Assembly: GCF_013122565.1 (NCBI RefSeq)
Contig: NZ_CP053258.1
From: Escherichia coli
Lineage (GTDB): Bacteria > Pseudomonadota > Gammaproteobacteria > Enterobacterales > Enterobacteriaceae
DNA length: 64,000 nt
Reading direction: 5' to 3' (one strand)
Positions 52,486 through 64,000 of this stretch are shown piece after piece; positions within the stretch are counted from its first letter, which is position 1, and each line of letters begins with the position of its first letter. The position numbers and the translations under genes are program-made. The notes under the pieces are model-generated. The model had not been told where the DNA came from. It did no database searches and worked only from the letters and a program-made list of their open reading frames with translations.

Positions 52486-53555
52486 GCCAAATCCTCATTG
52501 TTAAATGCCGGGTCGTTCGCCTGTGGAGCATCGCTCACTTCGGCAACCAGCGTATCGTTGGCGACTGGCGCAGGCGGAATAACGATCGATTCCGGCGTCA
52601 CCACCGGCACCAGATGGCGGGTAAGCGGCGCTTTTTCAGTCAATAACTTACCGACCGTTGCCAGAAAATAACGACCGCATAAACGCCCAAGTTTATAGTC
52701 TTCACGCAGCGCCGGAATCCGACTGCCAAGCGCGATACTATGTAATGGCTTCGGCGGATAAATTTCGAATATCCGCAGCTTGCCCGGTGGTTTCTCAATA
52801 AATTGCTGAATGTCACGATAGCTGGTTTCATGATGCTGCACCAGATTGACCAGCGGCTGCAGGCTACTGTCACCCAGCCAGCGTTCCATGCGTTTGAACC
52901 ACTGCGGCGTGTAGTACATTTGTGACGGCACAGTGCGAATGACGACCAACGTTTTAGCGCCCTGCCTTGCCGCCTCTTTAACCGGAATCGCATCACTGAT
53001 CCCGCCATCCAGGTAGTTAATGCCTTCCAGCGACACTCCGCTACGATAAAAGCCAGGTATCGCACTGGAGGCGCGAATCACATCCAGCCAGTTTTGTTTG
53101 GTTGGTAAAAAGTAATTCGGCGCGTAGTCATCCTGACGACAGGCGCACATATAAAACGATTTGCCGCTGTCAAACAACCGCGCGGCGGTATCCATTTGCA
53201 ACGGCATCTGGCTTGCGGTGGCCTCCACCAGCCAGTCGAGATCGATAAGATTTCCTCCACGGACAAAGCGCAATGGATCGAAAAATTCGCGTTTTGTGGT
53301 ATAGCGCATGATGACTTTGCGCGCGTAACCGGGCTGATTGCAGATATACGCCGAGAGGTTCTGCGCCCCGGCAGATGTGCCGAGATAAAGATCGAAAGGA
53401 TTAAACTGCGCGCGCATAAACTCATCCAGCACGCCAGCCGTGAAAATTCCACGCTGCCCGCCGCCTTCGCACACCAGAGCTATTCGTCCAGGCTGGAACG
53501 GCCTTAGCGACAACGGCGCAATATTACCAAGCGTTACAGGTATTCGCTGCCCCAC
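52482..53555 (-). CDS. yjjU: Patatin-like phospholipase family protein
   Basis: 357 aa from the GTG at 53555 (AGGAAGG SD 5 nt upstream). GGGQRG and GTSAG patatin motifs are present. The ORF-track start at 53591 is a TTG without an SD. Confidence 0.9.
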   Translation of the reverse strand: MGQRIPVTLGNIAPLSLRPFQPGRIALVCEGGGQRGIFTAGVLDEFMRAQFNPFDLYLGTSAGAQNLSAYICNQPGYARKVIMRYTTKREFFDPLRFVRGGNLIDLDWLVEATASQMPLQMDTAARLFDSGKSFYMCACRQDDYAPNYFLPTKQNWLDVIRASSAIPGFYRSGVSLEGINYLDGGISDAIPVKEAARQGAKTLVVIRTVPSQMYYTPQWFKRMERWLGDSSLQPLVNLVQHHETSYRDIQQFIEKPPGKLRIFEIYPPKPLHSIALGSRIPALREDYKLGRLCGRYFLATVGKLLTEKAPLTRHLVPVVTPESIVIPPAPVANDTLVAEVSDAPQANDPAFNNEDLA

Positions 53556-53676
53556 CTCTGCCTTCCTGTTTTTGTTGTGAAAGAATGACAAAGTAACGCA
53601 ATTTATTATTCGCTAAAACCGCAAAAGCCAGTCCGCTGGACTGGCTTTGGATAAAATTTTCTTAATGGTCTGAAAT

Positions 53677-53838
53677 CTAGGGTCGTTTTCGGCCCATGAA
53701 CAAACTCACCAGGAACAGAATAATCCCGACGACAAAGACAATTTTAGCTGCGCCTGCAGCGGTACCGGCCAGACCACCAAACCCAAGTGCGGCGGCGATT
53801 AACGCGATAACCAGAAATATGATGCCCCAACGAAACAT
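53677..53838 (-). CDS. ytjA: Small membrane protein (53 aa, DUF1328)
   Basis: [53 protein letters not shown]. Confidence 0.85.
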
Positions 53839-53964
53839 AAGCGTCTCCTTTACCATAGTTAATGTCACCGCTTGATATGAGCGTGAAAATCACTCAATGC
53901 GATATTTTTAGTGTGGTGCACATCGCGCCTCCCGACAAAGTTCGGGAGGACGAATTACGACGAA

Positions 53965-54570
53965 TTACTTAGTTTTCAGATCATTTTTAACGCTTTTCAC
54001 ACCATCTACCGCTTTGGCGATACTTTCAGCACGGTCACTTTGTGCCTGAGAATCTACGGTACCGGAGAGCTGAACCACGCCATCGGTGGTTTCAACTTTC
54101 ACATGACGGGAAGGGACGATATCGTCCGCCAGCAGTTTGGCTTTGATTTCACTGGTGGTGGCGGTGTCACCCGCGTAGCCTTTCACCGAGCCTTCTTTAG
54201 CGTCGCGAACGTGCAGTTTGTCGCTGACAGAGGTCACGCCTTCAACGCCTTTCGCCACTTTCACTGCCTCTTCGGCCTGAGCCTGGCTTTCAACGAAACC
54301 GCTCAGGGTCACGACTTTTTGATCGGTTTTGACAGAGATATCGGTGCTCTTGATGTTGTCATGATCCACCAGCGCCGCCTTCACTTTCGCGGTGATGGCG
54401 CTGTCATCCATGAAATTACCGACTTTATTCATAGAGCTATCGACTTTTTGCCCTGCGCTTTCATTGGTAGTCTGCGCGTTGTTTTCCGCGTAGGCAGAGC
54501 CGGTCGCGACGGCAGAGGTCAACATTACAGCCAGCAGAGTTTTCGAAATCTTCAGTCTTGTCATAGTCAT
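53965..54570 (-). CDS. osmY: Hyperosmotically inducible periplasmic protein (two BON domains)
   Basis: 201 aa from [28 protein letters not shown].. Confidence 0.97.
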
Positions 54571-54962
54571 CGATTTATTCCTGTATGTTTGCTCGTAATT
54601 TGAGCCTGGCAACACGAGGTTGCATTGCTGAATAGGGAGAGACTTCACCCTCTACAGAAGTCAATGGTCGCCATCACAAAAGCGATGGGTGATGAATAAC
54701 GACCATTACAGCCTCTGAATCAGTTATTAATATCGGTAGAATGACAATCGACGGCTTTAGATACTGATATCTACGCATTGAACGGTATTTAACGCCGTCA
54801 GAAATGTCATCACTTTGTTAAATATAGATCACAATTTTGAAACCGCTCGGGATATCAGCGAAAACATAAGCAAAAGTGAATGTTTTAAGAACATTCCGTA
54901 AGCGGCTAATAAGGAAGGGAAATTGACAGGGCGCAGCGGCTACCGCGCCCTGGAGGCAAGAA

Positions 54963-56552
54963 TTAATGCTCGCGGGTCTGGTGGAACTGAACGTCCGGAT
55001 AACGTTCCTGCGCCAGGCGCAGGTTAACCATGCTGGTAGCGATGTAAGCGAGGTTATCGCCGCCATCAAGCGCCAGTTGGCTTTCGTTCTTACGCTTGAA
55101 CTCTTCGAATTTCTTCGCGTCCGCACATTCTACCCAGCGGGCAGTGGCAACGTTGACTGACTCATACACTGCTTCAACGTTGTATTCGCTCTTCAGGCGC
55201 GCTACCACCACATCAAACTGCAGCACACCAACTGCACCAACGATCAGGTCGTTGTTGGAGATCGGACGGAACACCTGCACCGCGCCCTCTTCGGAAAGCT
55301 GTACCAGCCCTTTGAGTAGCTGTTTTTGCTTCAGCGGATCTTTCAGACGGATACGACGGAACAGTTCTGGCGCGAAGTTCGGAATACCGGTGAACTTCAT
55401 CATCTCACCCTGGGTAAAGGTGTCGCCGATCTGAATGGTGCCGTGGTTGTGCAGACCAAGGATATCGCCAGGATACGCTTCTTCAACGTGCGAACGGTCA
55501 CCCGCCATAAAGGTCAGCGCGTCGGAGATCACCACATCTTTCGCAGTACGCACCTGGCGCAGCTTCATGCCTTTTTCATATTTACCGGACACCACACGCA
55601 TAAACGCCACGCGGTCGCGGTGTTTCGGGTCCATGTTGGCCTGAATTTTAAATACGAAGCCGGTAAATTTATCTTCGCTCGCTTCTACGGTACGGGTATC
55701 GGTCTGACGCGGCATCGGCGCAGGCGCCCACTCCACCAGGCCATCCAGCATATGATCGACGCCGAAGTTACCCAGCGCAGTACCGAAGAATACCGGAGTG
55801 ATTTCGCCCGCAAGGAACAATTCTTTGTCGAACTCGTTAGACGCGCCTTTCACCAGTTCCAGTTCGTCACGCAGCTGCTGTGCCAGATCTTCACCAACCG
55901 CAGCGTCGAGATCCGGGTTGTTCAGCCCTTTAACAATACGGACTTCTTGAATCGTGTGACCTTTACCGCTCTGATAGAGATAGGTTTCGTCTTTATAAAG
56001 GTGGTAAACGCCTTTAAACAGCTTGCCGCAGCCAATCGGCCAGGTGATCGGCGCACAGCCGATTTTCAGCTCGTTCTCAACTTCATCGAGCAGCTCCATC
56101 GGGTCGCGGATATCACGGTCAAGTTTGTTCATAAAGGTGAGGATCGGCGTGTCGCGCAGACGGGTAACTTCCATCAGCTTACGGGTACGATCTTCAACAC
56201 CTTTTGCAGCGTCGATAACCATCAGGCAGCAGTCCACCGCCGTCAGGGTACGATAGGTATCTTCCGAGAAGTCTTCGTGCCCCGGGGTGTCGAGGAGGTT
56301 AACCAGGCAATCGTGATACGGAAACTGCATCACAGACGTAGTAATGGAGATCCCACGCTGCTTTTCCATCTCCATCCAGTCCGACTTAGCGTGCTGGTTG
56401 GAACCACGGCCTTTTACTGTACCGGCGGTCTGAATGGCCTGTCCGAACAGCAGCACCTTCTCGGTGATGGTAGTCTTACCGGCGTCCGGGTGAGAAATAA
56501 TGGCAAAAGTGCGGCGCTTCGCCACCTCTTGCAAATAAGGAGACAACGTCAT
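54963..56552 (-). CDS. prfC: Peptide chain release factor 3
   Basis: 529 aa from [32 protein letters not shown].. Confidence 0.98.
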
Positions 56553-56642
56553 AATTCTTTCTTCTTGAGTAAGCGGCATCGCGCCGCGCTTGTTGAAAAC
56601 GAAAAATTGCGGCTATTTTACCCATCAACGGGGGGGAGGCAA

Positions 56643-57320
56643 TCAGTGTTTACACAGGAGCTGCTCCAGTTCGTGCAACGAAGAAACGGTCCAGGTGGGC
56701 GCGATGCCTTCTGGTTGCTCGCGATTGTGCGCATTCAGCCAGCAGGTCGCAAGCCCGGCGTTGATGCCACCGAGAATATCGGACTCGGCAGTGTCGCCAA
56801 CCATCAGCACGCGTGAACGGTCAGGATTGCCCGCCTGTTCCAGCGCATAATCGAAAATTTTCTTATTCGGTTTAGCAACGCCAACTTCTTCGGAAATCAC
56901 CAGCAAATCGAAATAATCACGCAGGCCCGTGCGTTCCAGACGCACTTGCTGCAAGGCGCTAAAGCCGTTGGTGATGATGCCAATTTTAGCGTTGCCACGA
57001 ATGGCGTTAAGCAGAGAAACCGCGCCCGGCAGCGGCGTACAGATTTCCGCCATCGCATTAATAAAGGCTTCGTTGAGTTTACCCGGCTCGACGTTCAGCC
57101 GTTCGGCCCAGCTCTCAAACCGCCCGTGCTGAAGCTGTAATGAAGTGATCGCGCCGTTTTGATAATCCACCCACAGTGGCTTGTTAACGGCCTGATAGTC
57201 CTGAAAATCTTCAGCGGTAAAGGTGACGCTGTAATCAAGAAACATCCGCTGCAGGCCGGTGAATGAGTCAAAGGTAAACAGCGTTTCATCGGCATCAAAG
57301 AAAATCCAGTCCCACTTCAT
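56643..57320 (-). CDS. yjjG: HAD-family pyrimidine 5'-nucleotidase
   Basis: 225 aa, [19 protein letters not shown].. Confidence 0.95.
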   Translation of the reverse strand: MKWDWIFFDADETLFTFDSFTGLQRMFLDYSVTFTAEDFQDYQAVNKPLWVDYQNGAITSLQLQHGRFESWAERLNVEPGKLNEAFINAMAEICTPLPGAVSLLNAIRGNAKIGIITNGFSALQQVRLERTGLRDYFDLLVISEEVGVAKPNKKIFDYALEQAGNPDRSRVLMVGDTAESDILGGINAGLATCWLNAHNREQPEGIAPTWTVSSLHELEQLLCKH

Positions 57321-57334
57321 TATTCCACCTTGTA

Positions 57335-57781
57335 TTACATACTGATTGGCAACGCCATGATGATGGCGTCTTCGCGACCGTCCGTGGTGGGGTAGTAATT
57401 GCGGCGAATTGTCGCCTCGTTAAAGCCTAAACTTTCGTACAGGGCAATGGCGGCAGCATTTGAGGCACGGACTTCCAGCCATAGCGTCGCCACGCCGCGT
57501 TTTTCCAGTTCGTCGATCAGATGTTCCAGCAGCGCCCTTCCCAATCCCTGACGCTGATAGTCAGGATCGACCGCAATATTGAACAATGTAGCTTCATCCA
57601 GCACCACTTGCGTAATCGCAAACGCCGCCATTTTGCCGTTTTGCGTTAACTGAAAGTTGAGATAACGCTCGCCCTGGTTGCTGGCAAAGGTTTTTTCACT
57701 CCACGGAAAGGCGTGGGCGCGTTGTTCAATGTGGTAAGCCGCTGGTAAATCAGTCGTTTCGAGGGAAGAAATCGTGTTCAT
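57335..57781 (-). CDS. rimI: Ribosomal protein S18 alanine N-acetyltransferase
   Basis: 148 aa GNAT protein. It overlaps holD by 32 nt. Confidence 0.95.
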   Translation of the reverse strand: MNTISSLETTDLPAAYHIEQRAHAFPWSEKTFASNQGERYLNFQLTQNGKMAAFAITQVVLDEATLFNIAVDPDYQRQGLGRALLEHLIDELEKRGVATLWLEVRASNAAAIALYESLGFNEATIRRNYYPTTDGREDAIIMALPISM

Positions 57782-58163
57782 ATGTGCAAATTTGTTGCCA
57801 TAACGCGGCGCGTGCCGTTGGGTTTGCCCGTAATTCGGTGAGCGCCGGTGATGCCACCTGAGCGCCTTCCAGTGATAGCGGTTCGTCAGTACCCAACCGC
57901 CAGCTGTTGCAGCGACTGCCTTGCGGCAGCATCGCGATTTTTTCTGGCGTCAGTTGCAGCACTTGATCGGGGCTGACGGTTAATGCGCGCAGAACATCAC
58001 TCACTAATGGATCGGTCAGGGCGGGAAGATCGTTTGCCACCATCACCAGACGGACGTGTGCCGGGATCGCAATGGCAATCTCCCCCTGCAACGCGCCAGG
58101 GCGACGCAGCGACCACTGGGTAATGCCCAGTTGCTGTAACTGCCAGTCTCGTCGGGATGTCAT
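57750..58163 (-). CDS. holD: DNA polymerase III psi subunit
   Basis: 137 aa, MTSRRDWQLQQLGITQWSLRRPGALQGE.. Confidence 0.95.
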   Translation of the reverse strand: MTSRRDWQLQQLGITQWSLRRPGALQGEIAIAIPAHVRLVMVANDLPALTDPLVSDVLRALTVSPDQVLQLTPEKIAMLPQGSRCNSWRLGTDEPLSLEGAQVASPALTELRANPTARAALWQQICTYEHDFFPRND

Positions 58164-58265
58164 AGCGAATCGCTCCTGTTGTCAGGGGCGCAAATATAGC
58201 AAATTCGTCGATACCGCGCCAACATATGGCTATAATCGCCGCCAGTATCAATTGAGGAGCATTCC

Positions 58266-59297
58266 ATGTCTGCATTTACCCCGGCAAGTGAAGTCTTGCT
58301 GCGTCACAGTGATGATTTCGAACAAAGCCGTATTCTGTTTGCCGGAGACTTACAGGATGACCTGCCCGCGCGTTTAGATACCGCGGCCAGCCGTGCTCAT
58401 ACCCAGCAATTCCACCACTGGCAGGTGTTAAGCCGCCAGATGGGGGATAACGCCCGTTTTAGTCTGGTCGCCACGGCGGATGATGTCGCAGATTGCGATA
58501 CGCTGATTTACTACTGGCCGAAGAACAAACCGGAAGCCCAGTTCCAGTTGATGAATTTACTTTCTCTGCTGCCAGTGGGGACAGATATTTTTGTCGTTGG
58601 CGAGAACCGCAGCGGCGTGCGCAGCGCCGAGCAGATGCTGGCTGATTATGCGCCGTTGAATAAAGTCGACAGCGCCCGTCGCTGTGGCCTCTATTTTGGT
58701 CGTCTGGAAAAACAGCCGGTATTTGATGCCGATAAATTCTGGGGCGAATACAGCGTCGATGGCCTGACGGTCAAAACGCTGCCTGGCGTGTTTAGCCGCG
58801 ACGGTCTGGATGTCGGTAGTCAGTTGCTGCTCTCGACGTTAACCCCGCACACGAAAGGTAAAGTGCTGGATGTCGGCTGTGGCGCGGGCGTGCTTTCGGT
58901 TGCCTTTGCGCGCCATTCGCCGAAAATTCGTCTCACTCTGTGCGATGTCTCTGCCCCGGCGGTAGAAGCCAGCCGCGCAACACTTGCGGCCAACGGTGTT
59001 GAAGGTGAAGTCTTTGCCAGCAACGTCTTTTCCGAGGTGAAAGGTCGTTTTGATATGATCATCTCCAACCCGCCGTTCCACGATGGGATGCAAACCAGCC
59101 TCGATGCGGCGCAAACGCTGATTCGCGGCGCGGTGCGTCATCTTAATAGCGGCGGCGAGCTGCGAATTGTAGCGAACGCCTTCCTGCCTTACCCGGACGT
59201 GCTGGATGAGACATTTGGCTTCCATGAAGTTATCGCGCAAACCGGGCGCTTCAAGGTGTATCGCGCCATTATGACCCGCCAGGCGAAGAAAGGTTAA
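58266..59297 (+). CDS. rsmC: 16S rRNA m2G1207 methyltransferase
   Basis: 343 aa with the SAM motif [12 protein letters not shown] and NPPFH. Confidence 0.96.
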   Translation: MSAFTPASEVLLRHSDDFEQSRILFAGDLQDDLPARLDTAASRAHTQQFHHWQVLSRQMGDNARFSLVATADDVADCDTLIYYWPKNKPEAQFQLMNLLSLLPVGTDIFVVGENRSGVRSAEQMLADYAPLNKVDSARRCGLYFGRLEKQPVFDADKFWGEYSVDGLTVKTLPGVFSRDGLDVGSQLLLSTLTPHTKGKVLDVGCGAGVLSVAFARHSPKIRLTLCDVSAPAVEASRATLAANGVEGEVFASNVFSEVKGRFDMIISNPPFHDGMQTSLDAAQTLIRGAVRHLNSGGELRIVANAFLPYPDVLDETFGFHEVIAQTGRFKVYRAIMTRQAKKG

Positions 59298-59315
59298 TTA
59301 TCTCGCCGCAAGCCT

Positions 59316-59461
<146 letters not shown>

Positions 59462-59528
59462 AAAACCTGCACGTTAGTCTCCTGATGGACATTTTTCCAG
59501 CAATTACACATCAGGCGATAATTAACTA

Positions 59529-59556
59529 TTGACGAAAAGCTGAAAACCACTAGAAT
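59529..59556 (+). promoter_or_regulatory. leuV-type tRNA promoter
   Basis: TTGACG (59529-59534) - 16 nt - TAGAAT (59551-59556), followed by a GC-rich discriminator GCGCCTCC typical of stringently controlled stable-RNA promoters. Confidence 0.75.
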
Positions 59557-59597
59557 GCGCCTCCGTGGTAGCAATTCTTTTTAAGAATTGATGGTAT

Positions 59598-59684
59598 GCG
59601 AAGGTGGCGGAATTGGTAGACGCGCTAGCTTCAGGTGTTAGTGTCCTTACGGACGTGGGGGTTCAAGTCCCCCCCCTCGCACCA
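59598..59684 (+). tRNA. leuV: tRNA-Leu (anticodon CAG), 87 nt with encoded CCA
   Basis: GCGAAGGTGGCGGAATTGGTAGACGCGCTAGCTTCAGGTGTTAGTGTCCTTACGGACGTGGGGGTTCAAGTCCCCCCCCTCGCACCA. The anticodon loop is TTCAGGT, with a long variable arm. Confidence 0.97.
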
Positions 59685-59722
59685 ATTATCTTTACTTCCT
59701 TTCTTGTTTCTTCCTTGATTTT

Positions 59723-59959
59723 TCATCCCTGATTCAAATTCATTAGCATCAGCATGATGCCAGCACTAAGCGCCAGGCACGATGGTAGCAAAACGTAATG
59801 CCGTAACTGTTTGTGATACAGCATCACCGGCGTCAATATCAATCCCATCAGAATGACAATCCGCCACTGATCCGGCGATAAATCCGCATACATCAGCCCT
59901 GCAATCAGCAATCCCGGCAGCAACACTCCCCAGCCACTGCCCAGCGTACGTTGCAACAT
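59723..59959 (-). CDS. yjjZ: Small membrane protein YjjZ (78 aa)
   Basis: From MLQRTLGSGWGVLLPGLLIAGLMYADLS... The ORF-track extension to 60070 runs across the Fur operator region and is rejected. Confidence 0.8.
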   Translation of the reverse strand: MLQRTLGSGWGVLLPGLLIAGLMYADLSPDQWRIVILMGLILTPVMLYHKQLRHYVLLPSCLALSAGIMLMLMNLNQG

Positions 59960-59977
59960 GGTTTCATCTCTTTCATT

Positions 59978-60092
59978 GATAATGATAACCAATATCATAT
60001 GATAATTTTTATCATTTGCAAGCCAGAGAAATCCCTTGCTATCGGGTAAACCTATCGCTAGGATTAGCAATCATTATCATTTAGATTATTAT
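59978..60092. promoter_or_regulatory. Fur boxes in the divergent yjjZ-fhuF control region
   Basis: GATAATGATAACCAATATC (59978-59996) matches 17/19 positions of the Fur consensus GATAATGATAATCATTATC. Further GATAAT/ATCATT units lie at 60001-60016 and 60067-60092. Confidence 0.8.
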
Positions 60093-60099
60093 CACGATT

Positions 60100-60888
60100 A
60101 TGGCCTATCGTTCCGCACCGCTCTATGAAGATATCATCTGGCGAACGCATCTCCAGCCACAGGATGCTGGGCTTGCACAAGCCGTACGTGCGACGATCGC
60201 CGAACATCGTGAACATTTGCTCGAGTTTATCCGCCTGGATGAACCCGCTCCGCTTAACGCCATGACGCTGGCGCAATGGTCATCACCGAATGCGCTAAGT
60301 TCTCTACTCGCGGTCTATTCCGATCATATCTATCGCAACCAACCAACGATGATCCGCGAGAACAAACCGCTGATCTCACTATGGGCACAATGGTATATCG
60401 GCCTGATGGTGCCACCATTAATGCTGGCGCTACTGACGCAGGAAAAAGCATTAGATGTATCGCCGGAACATTTCCATGCTGAGTTTCACGAAACCGGACG
60501 CGTCGCCTGTTTCTGGGTCGATGTGTGTGAAGATAAAAACGCAACACCACATTCGCCGCAGCAGCGAATGGAAACGTTAATCAGCCAGGCGCTGGTTCCG
60601 GTTGTGCAGGCACTAGAAGCGACCGGAGAGATCAACGGCAAACTTATCTGGAGTAATACCGGTTATTTGATCAACTGGTATCTCACTGAGATGAAGCAAC
60701 TGCTCGGCGAGGCGACGGTTGAATCGCTGCGCCATGCCCTCTTTTTTGAGAAAACGCTTACTACCGGTGAAGATAATCCACTCTGGCGTACCGTGGTGCT
60801 ACGCGACGGCCTGCTGGTGCGCCGCACTTGCTGCCAGCGTTATCGCTTACCGGATGTGCAGCAATGTGGCGATTGTACGCTGAAATGA
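60100..60888 (+). CDS. fhuF: Ferric-siderophore reductase (2Fe-2S)
   Basis: 262 aa, MAYRSAPLYEDIIWRTHLQPQD.., with the C-terminal cluster motif CCQRYRLPDVQQCGDCTLK. Confidence 0.96.
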   Translation: MAYRSAPLYEDIIWRTHLQPQDAGLAQAVRATIAEHREHLLEFIRLDEPAPLNAMTLAQWSSPNALSSLLAVYSDHIYRNQPTMIRENKPLISLWAQWYIGLMVPPLMLALLTQEKALDVSPEHFHAEFHETGRVACFWVDVCEDKNATPHSPQQRMETLISQALVPVVQALEATGEINGKLIWSNTGYLINWYLTEMKQLLGEATVESLRHALFFEKTLTTGEDNPLWRTVVLRDGLLVRRTCCQRYRLPDVQQCGDCTLK

Positions 60889-60925
60889 AAGCACTGCCGG
60901 GGAAGTAAACCCGGCATCATGCGGA

Positions 60926-61603
60926 TTAATAGGGATGCAACACATTACTTGTTTCGCAATGCCGCATACATAATAGAATATCTGCGGCCTCCAACAACCC
61001 TGCGTCAGAACTTACGCCCAGTTTCGACATCACATTAAATTTATGTGCACGGATCGTTTTGATATTGCGTTTAAGCTGCTCGGCAATTTGTGTCATTGAG
61101 TAGCCACGCGACATAAAACGCAATATTTCTCTCTCCGTCGGGCTTAACGTCCGGCTTTGGTTAATGTACCACTGATTGTTTAGTCGGTCGGTCGCCTGAC
61201 GTACACCATTTAATGACAAAAAGAGTTCCTGATGAAAAATCTCCAGCGTTGACGCTTTACTTAATACACCGTCCAGCGGTGATGGCGACAATGAACCAAT
61301 CAGCCGAGCTTCAATATCATCATCCGCAATAACTAAACGCCGGGTACGCGGAAACTTAATCGCCAGTTCAGTCAGGCAAGATAATCCCTCTCTGCGCTCA
61401 CTTCTCATGGCAGAAAAAGAAAAAATGACCGCCGCAAACGAGATCCGCGACATGGCATCCTGAAATGACTCCTGACTGGTATAGGTATGGAGCTTATAAG
61501 GGTTACCCGCAAACTTTCTGAATAAACTCTCAATACCGATACTACTCATGACGCATTTTTCTATGAGTGCGACATTTCTCTTCTTAATTCGGCTGTGTTC
61601 CAT
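60926..61603 (-). CDS. bglJ: LuxR-family transcriptional activator
   Basis: 225 aa, [28 protein letters not shown].., with a C-terminal LuxR HTH. Confidence 0.95.
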   Translation of the reverse strand: MEHSRIKKRNVALIEKCVMSSIGIESLFRKFAGNPYKLHTYTSQESFQDAMSRISFAAVIFSFSAMRSERREGLSCLTELAIKFPRTRRLVIADDDIEARLIGSLSPSPLDGVLSKASTLEIFHQELFLSLNGVRQATDRLNNQWYINQSRTLSPTEREILRFMSRGYSMTQIAEQLKRNIKTIRAHKFNVMSKLGVSSDAGLLEAADILLCMRHCETSNVLHPY

Positions 61604-62286
61604 TCTGCGGCATCTCCATAAACAGAAGGCAAGTTAAGTTCTCTTGCACCCTGCGCGCTATTTATCCATGCATACATTTCAGCGTTGCTGTGAATTGCCA
61701 GTCGACGCATCGCACTGTTTTTTTGGGCGCTGATAGTTTTATTACTTTTCTTAAGCAATGAAGCTATCTGGTTGATGCCCCATCCTTTACCTAATAGCCG
61801 CAGTACCTTGCGCTCTGAAAGAGTGAGAATGACGGAGCGATAGCTAAAATCATGAGTTTCAGTCATTGCCGGGGAGGTCAGCATAGCGCTGATACGCTCT
61901 GCGTGCGTATTGCCGGAACGTACGGTCTTGACCAGATTCTCAATGGGTTCAACATCAGACAATAACGTCGCCGTAGGGCACATGAGCAGTTCTACTGCCT
62001 GGGAATACCAGGAACGTGACACCATGAAAACCCAGTGAATTTCCCGATATTGTGAGATTAAAGAATAATAATGTTCACAAACAGAACGTGGATCTTCACT
62101 TTCACCGGCTAAATCAGCAATGACTAGTACAGAACGACGTAATTGTAATAAGGTAAGGTCCTCCGCAGAGGCGCTGGATATTATTTCATATTCAGGGAAG
62201 TGAGTCCTCATGACCTCTTTTAACCCTGCTTGCATAACAGGTATTTTACTGATAACAATTCCATTTTTGCAGCATCCTGGCAACAT
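61561..62286 (-). CDS. yjjQ: LuxR-family transcriptional regulator
   Basis: 241 aa with a C-terminal LuxR HTH. It overlaps bglJ by 43 nt. Confidence 0.93.
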   Translation of the reverse strand: MLPGCCKNGIVISKIPVMQAGLKEVMRTHFPEYEIISSASAEDLTLLQLRRSVLVIADLAGESEDPRSVCEHYYSLISQYREIHWVFMVSRSWYSQAVELLMCPTATLLSDVEPIENLVKTVRSGNTHAERISAMLTSPAMTETHDFSYRSVILTLSERKVLRLLGKGWGINQIASLLKKSNKTISAQKNSAMRRLAIHSNAEMYAWINSAQGARELNLPSVYGDAAEWNTAELRREMSHS

Positions 62287-62903
62287 ATTTCCTCCACATC
62301 CACTGTCTAAAAATCATGATGGTTTATTCAGGATATTCATTCCTTAAATGTTTCCAGCAAATTAATAGATTAAGCGAATAAATTATCCTTAGCATTCACT
62401 TTCATATCAGCATACTCCTGCTGCACAACAACTCCACTGCATGTGTCAGAAGGTTAGCATCAAATGATAACCTGGTGAAATAGCCTGGAGACATTTAAAA
62501 TATCTACATTATGTTGTTAGAAATACTTAATGAAAAATAGAAATTCCATTCATTTAATTTATAATAAACAATATCCTTTCCCGCAGAATGCGGAATCACA
62601 CAATCAATATTTATTCAATAAAATCTGATAGTTTTAACTTGTTAACATTAAAAAACGCGCCCAGTTATCTATTATCCTGATTCGTAAAGGCTAAATAATG
62701 AATTCATTATAGTGATAATATTCATGTGATAGTTTGTTTGCGGCGAGAGATAATTCGCTTTTTATCACCGTGCTTCTCCCGATAACCAGGATTAATCAGC
62801 GCAATTTTGATCTTAACCTACCGCAAAACAACCGTGCTTCATGATACAAATAGATTCTCATTATCTGAACTATACGCAACACGTCTATGACAAAGGGCGA
62901 GTT

Positions 62904-64000
<1,097 letters not shown>

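Overview
This 64-kb window is Escherichia coli chromosome. From my memory of MG1655 gene order, it is colinear with K-12 but reverse-complemented, and it runs across K-12's conventional coordinate origin (K-12 base 1 is about window 25350). I could not run an alignment, so every K-12 comparison here rests on recall.

Gene content, left to right:
- 3' end of a chaperone-usher fimbrial operon (usher plus tip-adhesin-like gene)
- nhaR-nhaA
- a three-gene accessory island: InsA-like Zn-ribbon protein, Ser-type sulfatase, Tsx-family porin
- hokC/mokC/sokC
- dnaJ-dnaK, yaaI, yaaW (with antisense mbiA), satP, mog, talB, yaaJ, yaaA, yaaX
- thrCBA-thrL
- [K-12 origin]
- lasT, yjjY, arcA, creDCBA, rob, gpmB, yjjX, trpR, slt
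- an ERIC repeat
- ettA
- a small antitoxin-like HTH gene
- nadR, radA, serB, ytjB, lplA
- a small XRE-HTH gene with a repeat cluster, sitting where K-12 has yjjJ/hipH
- deoDBAC
- yjjI-yjjW (glycyl-radical enzyme plus activase)
- yjjV, yjjU, ytjA, osmY, prfC, yjjG, rimI, holD, rsmC
- a single tRNA-Leu(CAG)
- yjjZ, fhuF, bglJ, yjjQ, yjjP, yjjB (partial)

Most of the window is conserved core genome. I found no CRISPR array, prophage, intact IS element or recognisable defence system. The IS186 (dnaJ-hokC) and IS1 (beside nhaR) copies of K-12 are absent.

The best candidates for undescribed biology are:
1. The AT-rich porin / Ser-type sulfatase / domesticated-transposase-like island at 5.5-9.6 kb.
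2. The low-GC HTH gene plus TGAATAGATACT direct repeats between lplA and deoD.
3. The orphan antitoxin-like gene after nadR.
4. The functionally unassigned YjjI/YjjW glycyl-radical pair, whose coding sequence also carries two of the three DeoR operators.

None of these is demonstrably a new system from sequence alone.
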